Part shown: one piece after another, positions 1 to 12,910 of the stretch | Position numbering within the stretch: position 1 is the first letter of the stretch | How the letters are laid out: each line of letters begins with the position of its first letter | NCBI GenBank assembly: GCA_030141605.1 | Contig: JAQGDQ010000073.1 | Span: 62,001-126,000, forward strand | From: Tubiluchus corallicola | Lineage: Eukaryota; Animalia; Priapulida | Direction of reading: 5' to 3' | DNA: 64,000 nucleotides | Program-made: the position numbers and the translations under genes | The notes under the pieces: model-generated | What the model was told of the DNA's origin: nothing | Database searches by the model: none | What the model saw: the letters and a program-made list of their open reading frames with translations, nothing else

Positions 1-194
1 CTTAAGCTAGTTCCAAATGAATATTTGTTATGCAGTTAGCGAAGACAGCTTAAAAACATCTATCCAGATATGGAATATTTTGAAAAGTTTGCAAGCAACA
101 GTTATGAAAACAATTTTTGCTCATTATGCAAAGATGCCACAAATATTACACGGTTAACTATGATAGTTGTTAAAATTTTTCAAGAAAGGAAGAT

Positions 195-1727
195 TCACCT
201 GTCAGCGACTACATGAGCCGAGTTATCTACCCAGTAAGGATTCTCCGTAATTTCTATCTTTTCTCGCTTAGCGCAGCAGCAGCAACAGGTGTATTGTTTA
301 TCTTTTTGATACAATGGCCGTGTTCCGATGTAGCTCAGCAGTAAACACATAAGAAGCTCACAGACACGCGAAGCTAGCTGATAGCCCCACCAGGTCCACG
401 GTTCAGGATCCCCACTGTCAACAGCGTACACAAGAACAATTGAAATAGTCTGCAACCCAGCACAAAACAAGCCAAACACAGCTGCCAAGATAGTTACGAT
501 AACGGCTCGACTTAACCTCACACTTGCTCCTCTCTTGATAGTTTGTACACCAGAAATAGTCACTTCAGTAAAACTGTGTCTTTTTATCTGTTTTTGCCTC
601 ACAAGGGCAGCACCATGTAATCGGGCAAACAATGCTAAATATGCCAGAGTTAAGGCAACTGACCACACAACGTAGACTACTTGGCAGACAAAAAGTAACA
701 CAACAGCAGTCGAAAGATATCCTACTAAAAAGTCAGTAGACAGCACCAGCAAGAAATGTAACAGAATTGTCACAACAAGCACAGGAACATTCAATACTGA
801 TGTCATAACTGACATGCGCGTAGTCCGCAACAATGCTAAAAACAAAATGCTAAAAGCTGAAGTCAAACAAGGAAATGATATACTCATACAGTAATAAGAC
901 AACCACGCTGGTAGTTTGCCTTCCACATTGTATGCGTCAAACAACAGATAAAACGTCCTTGAGGCACCAAATATGAATAGTATCACATTTAACGAAATGA
1001 AATAACCTCGTCCAATTACAAACAATCGTCGGATAAGGCAAATGCTGTAGAGCGAATAAAGTGCTAATAATGCAAATAATGCACCAGTTATATATATATG
1101 CAAATACCATCCTATACTCCATACTTTCATAGCCTCTTCCCAATCAGGAGTCGGCTCTGCAAATGCTGCATCTAGGAAAGGATTTCCACCGGGCGTCGGT
1201 GATGTTTCTGGTTCTGGTTCAGCTGGCGATGGCTGTGGCTCTGTAAAGACATCCGGATCAATGTCTGTGTTGGTGATGCCATCGGTGTGTGTTTCAGAAT
1301 CCCTCTCAGCTGTTGTCGTTTCCCGAGTCTTTCTCTGGCTTGTTTTTGTTTCTCCAGTGCTAGAGTATTCCGTCTCGGTTGTAGTGCCATAGGATTCTAT
1401 TGTTAAATTTTTGTTGGTAAAGAAACCCGAGGAGCTAAATGTAGTGTTTTTATTTTCAATATTAGTCTGCACAGTATTCACATCAGTAACATCAAGTATG
1501 GTAGTGTTAACTGAACTATCTCCTTTGCTGTTTGCAGATATATTATCAATAATTATTTGAGTACTAGTCAGATCTTCTTCAATTTCCTGAGTAGTTTTAT
1601 CCCTGCCAAGAGCATCACGTCCAGAATCCACCTTTTCTTTTGCATGAGTATCAATCTTCCTCTCATGTTTGCTCTCCACGCAGATAAATATTGCTAACAG
1701 GTAAATAAGGTGGAAATTTACAGCCAT
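195..1727 (-). CDS. Proline-rich transmembrane protein 3/4-like (PRRT3/PRRT4 family) multi-pass membrane protein
   Basis: 510-aa ORF: signal peptide, Thr/Ser-rich stalk, Pro/Glu-rich segment, then AEPTPDWEEAMKVWSIGWYLHIYITGALF and about 7 hydrophobic helices, as recalled for the PRRT3/4 domain, followed by a CCCCC cluster. The stop overlaps a possible donor (AG|GTGAAT at 199/198), so the C-terminus may continue outside the window. Confidence 0.8.
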   Translation of the reverse strand: MAVNFHLIYLLAIFICVESKHERKIDTHAKEKVDSGRDALGRDKTTQEIEEDLTSTQIIIDNISANSKGDSSVNTTILDVTDVNTVQTNIENKNTTFSSSGFFTNKNLTIESYGTTTETEYSSTGETKTSQRKTRETTTAERDSETHTDGITNTDIDPDVFTEPQPSPAEPEPETSPTPGGNPFLDAAFAEPTPDWEEAMKVWSIGWYLHIYITGALFALLALYSLYSICLIRRLFVIGRGYFISLNVILFIFGASRTFYLLFDAYNVEGKLPAWLSYYCMSISFPCLTSAFSILFLALLRTTRMSVMTSVLNVPVLVVTILLHFLLVLSTDFLVGYLSTAVVLLFVCQVVYVVWSVALTLAYLALFARLHGAALVRQKQIKRHSFTEVTISGVQTIKRGASVRLSRAVIVTILAAVFGLFCAGLQTISIVLVYAVDSGDPEPWTWWGYQLASRVCELLMCLLLSYIGTRPLYQKDKQYTCCCCCAKREKIEITENPYWVDNSAHVVADR

Positions 1728-4599
1728 AATTAATGGAATTAACGACAGCTATTAAAAATGGAAGCAAGCGTACACTTATAGTAACGCAATTAGTAACAAA
1801 ATATGTTTGTGATTTTCGGCCATTAGGTTTTAACTGAAGAATTCAATGAATGTAGAACATAGCTTTCATTACATGCCAGTTCTGAAGCCAAGTTCATATT
1901 ATCCAAAGCACCACAAACTCTAGCAGCATAACACTGCAATAATTAACAACCTCTGCATCCATGGTATAAAATCTGCACGTCATGTTTGCACGAAAAGCGG
2001 CGGATGAAATACAAACACAGGTATTCATCAATCAAGAGTCTGTGGGATAAAGCATGATATAATACATGAAAATCCCTGCTGCAGTGCACACACATCAATC
2101 ATAAGTATTGACATATGGTAAGCACTTGCAGGTTAGACACCACTGCGCCATGAATGCTGCACACAGTTGGCAAAACACAGCACTTCATCTAATAAATAAG
2201 TTCACATCAGTATGCTCCTTTACATTAAACCCTCATGCTCATTAGAAAAGAGCTCTGCAGAACATCTTTAACATTAGTTCAATTGCTGAAGAGACCTTTG
2301 CAGTAATTCAGCAATGAAAAGTATTCATAGACGAATTTTAGTCATTTCCTCTAACAAACTTATTTGGCACTTGGTGGACTTCCTGTTCAATGTAAACAAG
2401 ATTGAGACTTTTCTCATATCCGTGCAATATTCAACCATTGCGTTAGATACTATGCCGAAGTAGCGGCCATACGTGATGTGTCACTCCACATCCTGCAAGC
2501 AAAACAAACAAGCAATGAGTAAAATCAAGTAAACACGCAGGAAGAAAGTAAATAACAGAAGAGCGAATTTATTAAAAGGCAGGATTGGTAAAGAAGGTTT
2601 ACTTACAAAGTTGGAAAAAACCAGGTAAAATATCAAGACAGGGCCGTCAAACGTTGATGTAAACTCATTTATTGGAATATAATGAACACAAGTTATAAAA
2701 TAAACTATAGTCTATTAAGATTCCAAGAATCACTAGACTATTGGTAGTTAATAGGTGTGAAGTTAATTTTAACTACTTGACGTAGGTTAATATGTAAATA
2801 AATCGATTGTCTGCCACAAATAAATAACAATCTAAGGAATTCACTGATTTTAATAAATTCCATGTGATATTTTAGGCAAAATGATGCTTTTATACATGTG
2901 TGAGAATTAGCTCCTAACCATCGCAGAAGGATTGGAGAGTCACAAGACCAACGAGCACTGCTCTTCAGGGTGCTAAAAATGTGGTAAAAATGAACTGCCA
3001 TTTCCCTTAGCGCAGCTTATTACGATACCCGCAATAGAAATGTATAATTGATGAGATCTATCAATTATTTGCTTAATTCACTGCGTGAATGAGACGGAAG
3101 AGGAAGAATTAATAATAGATGAGATCAGAATAAATTATGGTGGAACATCTCCAAGTTAACTAGGCTGGTTTACCTACTCCGGTACAATGAATGTTTTATT
3201 TATGACGAATTGGCTACACAGTTGAGTCGACAAGCTGACGATAAATAAGTTAAAGTAGCTCGTCAACTTGGCTGCTTATACACTGCTTTCCAAAGCTGCT
3301 TATACACAGCATTGATTTAATAATACGTGTGTGCACCACAATTATAAAACATTCTGCTATAAAAGAAACAATGTTACTATAATTCAATTACGTATATCTT
3401 TTATTTCACCACTCTTTATGTCTATGCATACAAAAGACTGCCACAGTGACATAATCTCAAATTACAAACAAGATTTTTAGAGAAAATTATCTAGTGGTAT
3501 CTAAGCGACGTTGCTCATAAATTCTTGAAAAATAAATATTTTAGTCGTTTGTTCAGCGGCTAAATTAAAAAATAAAACGCAATGGCAGTCCGCGGTTCAA
3601 TTGCTAAACACAGAATATAGAATTACAAACTAAGAGAGCTCAAGAGGAAATTTAAATTAACTTTATTCATTTACTGGATACCTAACTCGCATTTATTACA
3701 AAAATAGGCAGCGTCTGCATTTTATTACTAAATTCCTATACTACCTATGCCGTACAAACTACGATCGACCAACTCCATTATATAGGATTTACTCCGGACA
3801 CTTAATTATAACTGCAAAGCACTTGCAGCAATCAGTGCAGTTAGCAATATTGATATCCAATACACATTGTAGCAGTAAAATATACAATACCCTATTATTC
3901 ATCAATCAATCACACGTCCATAATAGCACAACACATTGTAACCTTTCAGTAATTAGAGTGCATTACGAAAATCAGAATATAAGACGACGATCAACGCTTT
4001 GATTAGTGGAAATTTATTCCACCATTCCTCACGATTCCTTTAAGAATATTTTTGGAATTGTTCGCCGACGCATGCGAAATGGCCACAGTAAATGCGGAGA
4101 AAGTGGAAAGAAAGCAGACACACCCCTAACAGAAAAGACTGTTTCAAACAGAAGAAAGAGTGAAGCCGAAAAGTATGCCATTATATTATTCCGAGTATAT
4201 CAACTTACACTAACTTACCATCACTAAACTGTGTTTTCCAGATTCAGTACTTTTCAGACAATTAACTTCCTGACACACTTGCACAAGAAGTAAAACCAAC
4301 ATGGTTGTAAAACCAACGTGGTTATATATCTGTATTTCCCGCCAGAAGTGTGAGACTTAGTATCTTAAAGACACGTATAACTGATGAAAGGCACTGTTCC
4401 TGTACTCTGAACTGATATGATTAGATAGCTGGTTGATCAAATATTATACTTTTATACCGGTTGTATCTACTTTACATTGTGCAGGTCAAAAGTGCTTTTA
4501 AATTCGCCTACGCAAAACGTATGTAACAATAAATTTAAATTTAAATTTCGCCGAGTGAAGTACACAAGTCAACTCGCGCTATTGGTCGAGGGACTCGTT

Positions 4600-5460
4600 G
4601 AACTCAAGATCCTTGATTTTGAGTACCGCCAACGCAGCCATCTTGAGTTTAAAATTGCAAATTGAAAATCCAACTCTGCCAATCGATTCAGAATTCGGTA
4701 TAGTATGTTGCTACATGTATAGAGTTTCATAAGTATCCATAGAGCTTCATAAGTATCCATTGCGATTAGGCAGAACCTTAGTTTTTCTTGAAAATGACGC
4801 TATTGCTCCCATTTAGAATTTTCGATGACAGATCAAAAATCCGGCTCTGTCAATAGATGCGAAAATGTCTTCTGTAATTTATATTTCGGTAAAGTTTCAT
4901 GATGATCCACTACAAATGCGAAGAGCACAAGGTTTTTTCGAAAATGGAGATATCGCCACCACCTTGAATTCGAAATGGCGGATCGAAAGTCAGTCGAAGC
5001 GAATTTGTTCTAGCACATTCCTGTGAAATTTCATGACGATCCATTGCAAATTTCTACAGCTACAGCCTTAGGTTTTTTTGAAAGTGACGTTACTGCTGCA
5101 ATCTTGAATTCAAAATAGCTGATCGAAAATCTGATGAAGAATTCGTTCCGGTGTAACTGTATAAAGTTTCATGGCGATTAAACTACACATTGGCATAGTC
5201 TTAGGATTTTTTTAAAAGTGAAGCTATTGCTGCCATCTTGAATTCTAGAGGGCAAATCGAAAATTCGAATCCGTCAATTGATGCGGAATCCATTCAAGTA
5301 CATTCCTGAAACGTTTCGTGACGGCGATCTACTACAAATTTGTAGTTTTTTCGACAATAATGTTATTGCCGCCACCTTGAATTCAAAATAGCGAATTGAA
5401 GACCCGGCCCCGTCAGTTGATACAGAATTTGTTCTATTATAAGTATTCATGAAAAGTTTT
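4600..5460. repeat. Diverged tandem repeat, about 6 units of ~140 bp
   Basis: Core GCCATCTTGAATTCAAAATGGCGGATCGAAAATC recurs near 4635, 4807, 4957, 5096, 5230 and 5369, with shared AAAGTTTCATGATGATCCA motifs between cores. Confidence 0.75.
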
Positions 5461-6499
5461 ATACAACCATACTGTGCATTCTCCAAGCATGTGTGAATAC
5501 CCCTTAACACAGCATGCACTTACTTTCGTCCTTAACTAGCTTCCATATTCTCTCTAACCTACAGACAATATGCACTCGAGGGGGAATTACAGGCACTTGT
5601 TCGTGTGAAGAAAGCGAACTCTGCTAAATTATACATGCTCGTCAGGTTGTAATGTGATTTGCCTGCCTGTACTCACAGTAATTGTATGTACATATTGACG
5701 TACATGGCATCTTTAAGGTAGAAGCCCTTACACTCAGCAGCAGCTTCCGTTAAGTATGAAGATGGCTACATCTCTAGGCAACCGGCAGCTGTATTTCATT
5801 ACCTCACCAATTAACGCAATGTTGCCGTGATAAGATTGCTGATGCTATCCTTTCGCCTGCATTCACTAACATGCAGAGGCGCCTTATAGCTTCATCTTCC
5901 GGCCAGAATCGCAAAGCACTAAAGATTTGTATTGCAACAATTATTTTTAGATTGGGAATGTTACTAATTTCGGCCCAGTGGAGTTCTTAAATACATTATT
6001 TTAAAACAAATAACCTATATTGGCATAATTTCCCTATTCTGCATTGGCAAAAATGAAACTATTGTTGACCAATTTGACCTAACTGGCAATATTCCCCAGA
6101 TCATACTAAAAATTGTGTATGTCTTGATTATTATCTATGCTTAGTTAGGCATAATACAATTTTTATGTATGTGTATGAACAAATGTTAATAAAACATTAA
6201 AATATCTAGATTAAAGGCCAAATAAGAGGCTAACAAAGCAAATGAACAAGAATAGTGCAAGTTATAGCACAGTCATAATATACACATGACATGGGTTAAC
6301 TACGAAACTAATATCGCTATTAAACATCAAAATTTCGAGAACCTAAACAGTAAGCCAAAATAAGCTCAATAATAACAGTTCAAAAACCCCTACACGTGAT
6401 CAAGTCATAGACATACTACAGCCACTAGTGGTTATAAACACCACAACGTAAGTATGTGGATAATAGAATAAAATTAAACTATTGAAGTCAAAAATTTTG

Positions 6500-6900
6500 G
6501 AGCTCACTCAGACTGCAAACTGTCTCAAATGCAAACGTTTTTTGCAGACAGCAAGAGGAAATTCAAACACTTCAGAAAGTAAGTTATTTCATCGTTGACT
6601 AAAAGTGAATATTCAAATGATCCAAAGTTTAACAAGTTTAAATGATCACCATATAATGATTGACCTGTTAATATCAAAACTGTCTTGCAGTTTCTAAGGT
6701 TTGCAGTTCTAAACAAATGTCGCAATCCATTTTTCTATGAAAGACATGACAGCCCAAACACCAATGCAGTGGCACGCCTTTGAGCACATTTAAGTAAATT
6801 TATATCTCTGGCAAAATGATATATGCCCATGTCTGTAAAGCATATTTCTGACAGCTTTGTATAAGAGTACGCGTGGCTTTGAGTCAAGGTATCCTAAAGT
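6500..6900 (-). mobile_element. Decayed CR1/L2-type LINE, 3' part of ORF2
   Basis: Minus strand reads LKCAQRRATALVFGLSCLS*...LILTG, resembling the E.VQRRAT motif of the CR1 C-terminus; stops and frameshifts present. Confidence 0.45.
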
Positions 6901-8597
6901 TCAAAATAATAAGCTAATCACAGCATTGGCATTAGATGCAATTAAGTGACAATTCTGATGTCACGTCAATTGGACTGAGATATTCCCAGGCACATTCAAT
7001 AATTAATGGATGATACTAACTCACAGTTAAGCATATAATCATAATCAAGATTATTGTAACGAAAATGAATGGTGCGGTGCTTGGAAACACTAAACTTCAT
7101 TAATTAGGTCATCTGTCCTGTCACTAGAAGGATTAAGATCATCCTGCAAAGCTATAGCAGGACGGCTTGAATGAAGTTATTGAGTGAAATGAGTAGGCAG
7201 GTGCTTGTTGTGCAGGTAATGTTCCATGTGCCGTACGTACTTCACACCAGGCAATCCTAAGACACGTCTGACTTCATGCATCATAGTTTACTGCATGTGC
7301 TTAACTAGCTGTACCAAACCATTCACAAATTACATGCACAAAATTCTGGATTTGCATGAATTTAAAGCAGTCTAAAGCACTGGCAGTATAGGTAAGCGGA
7401 ATGTTTGTATGGTAGATTGGTCAAGGGGTTTAAAGTCTAAAAATAGAGGTCCCTGATGCAAATACACGTTAGAGGTACTACAAACCATTACAGAGCCAAT
7501 CAATTCTAACACAATTACAGAAGAAAACAGAGTTAGGAATGAGGACGAAGTGATCGTCCTGACGTCTCTTATGAAACGGAAATAAAGGAAGTTAATGAGC
7601 AATTTCCTGGAATCGATTGATTGCGCACTCTAACCTCATCGACTGATAATAACACGCCTAAATGAAGCCAGACGTTTGAATGAGGGCAGGAAATTCATGT
7701 TTTACTAAGATTAACCAGCTCATGCAGTCGTGAGTTTTGATAAAAGGCGTGGCTTCGCACTTACACAATATGTTCCGAAGAAAAACAAAGTGAAAATCAC
7801 CCAAAAGAAAGCGGCAAAAAGATTTTCCTACGACTTGAACCCACGGCCTCCTGTTTTAGGTTGTTTATAAGGAAGGTGTGCACAAATGAATACTTGATGA
7901 CTCTGATGGTAGAGTGCTTGCCTTGCAATCCGATATAACTCTGAGTTAAAAATCTTCACTAAGGAACAAGGTATTTTTCGCCTTATTCTTTCAACGCCAA
8001 ACCATAAGAACTATATGGGATTTGCTGTTTCTGACCATGCAACATTGAACCAACCACATCTACAGGGTATGTTCACAATTTCCGTGCTTTGAACAATTCG
8101 AATGGCTTACTCAACTTGTTTTCGAGCTAAATAGACAAGTGGAAAATTAGCTTTATGTTGTAAAAGCACATACAAGCACGTAGAACGAGTATTTTTATAA
8201 ACCGCCTGTCACCGCAATTAGATCCTGAGGTGGAACTAGAAAATGGTGCGCCAACTTTCAGCCGAAAAGTGTTCAAGGGAATTGAAAAAAAAACCAAGGT
8301 ACCACATTCGCATCAAATCCCTTAACCGGGCAGACATTAGTTCGTTATATGAACGTATAGCAATCACACCGGAAATAATAGCGTCATCTTTGTATTATAT
8401 TCGCCTCCCCTAGCACTTCCTAGTCTACATTAATCATCGAGTTTGGCAGCTGCATAGAGCATCATAAACACATCAGTGTGATATAGCAGCAGCAGCAGAA
8501 TATAATTCAGGGAACAAATACGACAAATTGTGCGAATTAAATAGCCCAGTATGGCTGTCATAAATGCATTTATTGGATGGATGATCAAGAACGTGAG

Positions 8598-9290
8598 TGC
8601 CCCGCAGATCATTGCGTATTAGCGGTTCAATTAGTACCAGCTACTCCTCACTTTAAACCAAATTATTTTAATTGCTTACATGCATTTCTATTCATCCATG
8701 TATCGTGACTGTATTTCTATTGATCTGCAGACCGGAAGTGACCATCCCTATAAGGTTTTGTGCTTAGCCAGTACCCAGTACAGATTTGTGTGCGCGGAAA
8801 GAAACCCATAGTAACATGTATAGATGCTATGGATACACTGTAGCCATTTGTCAATGCAGAGTGAAGCTGTGAAACGTTTGGACACCAAGCAGCATTCAGT
8901 TTGACAAATGTTTTTAAAACTGCTATGACGTTAGAATACAAATCTGTTGTACTAATTTACACTTTAGATGGAGTTCGTTGGCGTTCCCCGTTGTAAGCGG
9001 TTTGCGGGTTCTGAGTATAGAAGTTGCGGGTGACTTGATGTTGTGGGCCCTGCAGTAACAGATAGTAAGGTTACAGGTGTTGAGACTGAATGCAGAGACT
9101 TGCTGGACCGACGTTGTGTTGCTGAGGTTATGAGTGTAAAAGTTGAGGGTGTTGAGGTTATGGATGATGAAGTTATTGATATTAAGGTTGAGGGTGTTGA
9201 GGTTCTGGTGATGACATTATTAAGTCTGCGGGTGCTACGGAATCATACATACAATGAAAGTCCTTTGGAAGGAGTTACTAGACTAAATTT
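8598..9290 (-). pseudogene. Decayed C-type lectin domain gene with Ser/Thr-rich stalk
   Basis: Thr/Ser-rich repeats (TSTPST) followed by KTF..NAAWCPNVSQLHS...YWLS....DGHF..D..*...C...*.G....*....(frameshift)MIC. TGA codons sit where W and C would be expected. Confidence 0.4.
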
Positions 9291-12200
9291 TATCCGCTAA
9301 ACGGGTTCAAAAAATACAATCTTAAAATACGAATTTAGAAAATCAGACACACCTGACCTGAAGAGTTACCGTTTGGCCTGCATTTGCACCTTTTTGAAGT
9401 TTTCGGTTTAATATCTTCCTAATATCACAATTAATTATTGGAAATATCACAACATGATAAATTTATTAACTTTTTTACCGGTACAACATACGCCACATGC
9501 TATACAAGAAAGTATGACTTCTAATTAGAATGTTACCATACTGATGGCAAAGCTTAATTTATTGCCATGACAACGTCAACAGGCTTTGCACAAAATCATG
9601 GCCAGAAGGAAGCTTTTGCTAATTAATACTGCCAAAGAATACCACTGAGCTCAAGATATAATTAGGTTTGCCACAAAATAAGCATTAGCTCTTATTTAAT
9701 CCACTTATAAAACTTGCATGTTTGATGGGGTAGAGAAAATCACAGCAGTTATTCAAATCCCCCCCCCCCCGCCAGACCTGAAAAACTTCAGTGATACAAT
9801 AGTGCGGTGAATACCAGTAATGAAGGCTTTAAGCATCCTACTGAGGCATAAGTTTTTCTTAACCTACTTTGTACATACGATTCCAATTTGCTCACTTCTA
9901 ATACTAATTAGAAAGTAGCTTCTAATTGACAGGCTAATGACAGGTATTAAACAGTTAATACTTCGATTTTGGTAATTAAATGAATTCAACAAATCAACAA
10001 AATTAACTTACAGCAAGTTCGTAACATTTAGGAAATAAGGTATTGTACACGTAATGTATATGAACGATAACATAATTATAATCCAATACTTGATACATAT
10101 CAGCACTTGTCACTGATGTCATTCACTTGTATGTAATTTCAAAGAAAATTTGAATATATATTTACAATGTTATTATCCACATCAGCAATCTGTCTTAAAT
10201 AAAGCACAAAACCAGCTTTCTAATTAAAAGTTATGTTAATACCCTGCTCACAACTTTGCTGTTTCTGCCATTACCAAGCTTGACTGATCGATAAAGTCAA
10301 ATACTAGCGGCAGCGGATACCTGAGACCAAGTAGGTTAATTTAAATTTCAGCTTTCTCCCAGTATCACGGCTGATGTGGTGCAGGTAGGCAGCTGATCTA
10401 TTTGAACAGTAACTGTAGTTGGCACAACAAAAGCTTGCATGGACAACATGTAGCACCTGCTTTGAGTGGCCTTGCTAGGTTGTAGCCTGAACTGCCTGAA
10501 TTTAACAAAGAAAGCAACAAACCAAGAACTCGAGATAAGCTTGAAGAACTGATAGTGAATTTGACAGCCTAGCAACCACCTGGGGTTGAAAAACATTCCA
10601 CAACCCGCTCACTGTAAAAAGGATGTGCAAAGTATTTTCGACAGAAAATGGGGTTAACAAAACATCCCCCTTTTAACACGTTCACATAAAGCCAAATCCC
10701 TGAATTTGTACATATGTGCAGTGTGGGAAATCTGAAAATATGCACACTGCACAGCTTCTATGAAAAACGATCGAGTGCTACTTCAGTACTTAACTTAACA
10801 TATACTAATTAAATAATCAACTTGAAACCGTTGGGATGGGCGCCGTTACCAAAAGTTTAAATATCAACAATTAGTAGCCATTTAACAGAACAACAGTAAT
10901 TTAATCAGGCTTATTAGAGAAATTAAGGATGCAGTTATTAATGCAATGCAGAATATAATAGGCGTATTATGACAATCTCATTAAGTTAGCAGAAATAAGT
11001 TAGACCATTGCACCTTGTTTAAAACATGTCCAAAGATTTCGATTCACTTCTTCAAACAAAAAGCAACAAAACCACTAAAAACAAGTCAACAAGTAGTCAA
11101 ACACAGCTGCAGGTTTAACGATAAGCCACTAAATTATTTTGTCCACGCACTTCATTTTTCCAAGGCTTTCATATGTCGCACATTTCCACTTTCAAGGCAT
11201 GCCTGCAAAAGTTAAGCAGCACCGCACCTGGTTAGTATGTGGGCGAGTGCTAAAAGGGAAAACTGCTCTTTGCGGGATTCATCTGCATCTGTGTAAGTTA
11301 CCTTGTTAAGAGAGAGTATATATGTATCCGAATGTAATTAACACACAACTACCATTTTACCCAGACTGCTGACGTAACGAACTGTATAAAAATCTACAAT
11401 GGACAAACTAGTTTGCCAAATGCTGTCAAAACAGAACAATAAATTCAGCCCGTCTTTGATTCCAGCTTGCACTGTAACGAAATGTACAGAAATCTAAAAT
11501 GGGCAAACCAATAAATAGTGCCCAAAACGAAGTAATAACGTAGCAATATTGATACTTGTGAACATCTATTAATAACTGCTCTTATCTGTTCATTTATTAT
11601 TACCCGTACCGTAAGCTAAACTAAAAATTTAAGCCTTCAGTAGGAGCCGCTATTCTGGAAGACCTGCAGTCAAAATCGATTATTCAGCGTTACTACAACA
11701 GGCTAATGCCATTCAGGTAGCTGCTCCCAACTTTACCTGAACAATGAGTGACTTTCTCACAGTTTCACGACAATAATAATTGCCCAGGTATGAATCATTT
11801 ATAATACCTGTAGGCACCAAACTACGCTTTTTATGGAAACCAAGCCGGTCGAACAAAGATCGCTACGTTGAAAAAACACCTACGCTTACACTGATTAAAC
11901 AGTCGAGCTAAATGACTGCATGTACTTAAATTTCAATTTATCACTTCGTAAAATAATCATAATCTATATTAGAATAGGCAGGTAATCCAAGCATGCACGC
12001 TGCAAGTTTTATTAATAAATTCACCGTTTTGGGCTTAACGAGTCTTCAATTCAAACTGATCAATACAGTTCGCTATTTTTGTGAACAATCATTAGTAGTT
12101 AACAGTGCATAATTTTAATGTATACCATTATTTTAACGAGTTAATATGTGTTTACGATAATTTATGTCGCGGTCAAATTACATGTATATGCACTTAGCGT

Positions 12201-12616
12201 ACTGTACGTGCGCCGTTCACCATCCACAGTTAGCAACAGCACAAATACCGTAGCAAAAACTGTCTTATTAAAAAAGGGGTAAATGCTGTTCTTGACACAG
12301 GTACAGTATGTGCTACAGTTCGGGACGGTGTACACTGTACAGCAATGGTAGTAACTGGAGCTTTCGCCAAAAATACTACATTGCTAGGATAACGAACGGC
12401 GGTAAAATATCGTGTATATTATTGCATTAACAGCCATTATAGTAAAAAATGTACAATTAACCATTTTTTCATTTCATTTCACGAAAAAGTGAAAAATTAT
12501 ATTTTCAACCAACTCAAAAAATTGTCAAACTTTAAAACTGTCAACTTTTTCACTTTATCATGCACTTAACTTTATTACTCTGTTACTTATTACCCGCATT
12601 TACCGGTAAAACTTAC

Positions 12617-12910
12617 CTGCAATTTGTCGTCACAGCCATATCCATTAACTACTACAATAATTAATACAGCTGCTATCACGTGCACACAACAAATAAATCC
12701 AAAATGCTTCTGAGAACACAAAACAAAAGCTCACTTCTTTGTTCATCTATTTACCGATAATGCAGTGCACGGAGTTTTCCTTAAGAACTCACTCTACTCA
12801 AAGCTGAACTGAGAGTTCCACGATATGAACCGATCAAACTACTCAACCACTGCAGCAACAGCAGGGGGCGGGTAATTGGGAGTTTGCAATACGCTCGAGG
12901 GGTGAGGCAA
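12617..12910 (-). promoter_or_regulatory. Putative non-coding first exon and promoter of the PRRT-like gene
   Basis: Perfect donor CAG|GTAAGT at 12617/12616, a TCAGTT initiator-like motif near 12810 and a GC box (GGGGGCGGG) near 12865. A matching strong acceptor (ttgttttgcttgcag|G) lies at 2493/2492. Inferred only. Confidence 0.3.

Noticed and set aside
4600-5460. Regularly spaced palindromic cores resembling a CRISPR array
   Set aside because: The spacers are homologous to each other, the cores are diverged, there are no cas genes and the context is eukaryotic.
7820-7970. tRNA genes
   Set aside because: Only degenerate A/B-box fragments with no cloverleaf; at most SINE relics.
9043-9300. 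Plus-strand Val/Glu-rich ORF
   Set aside because: Better explained as the antisense of the Thr/Ser-rich minus-strand remnant.
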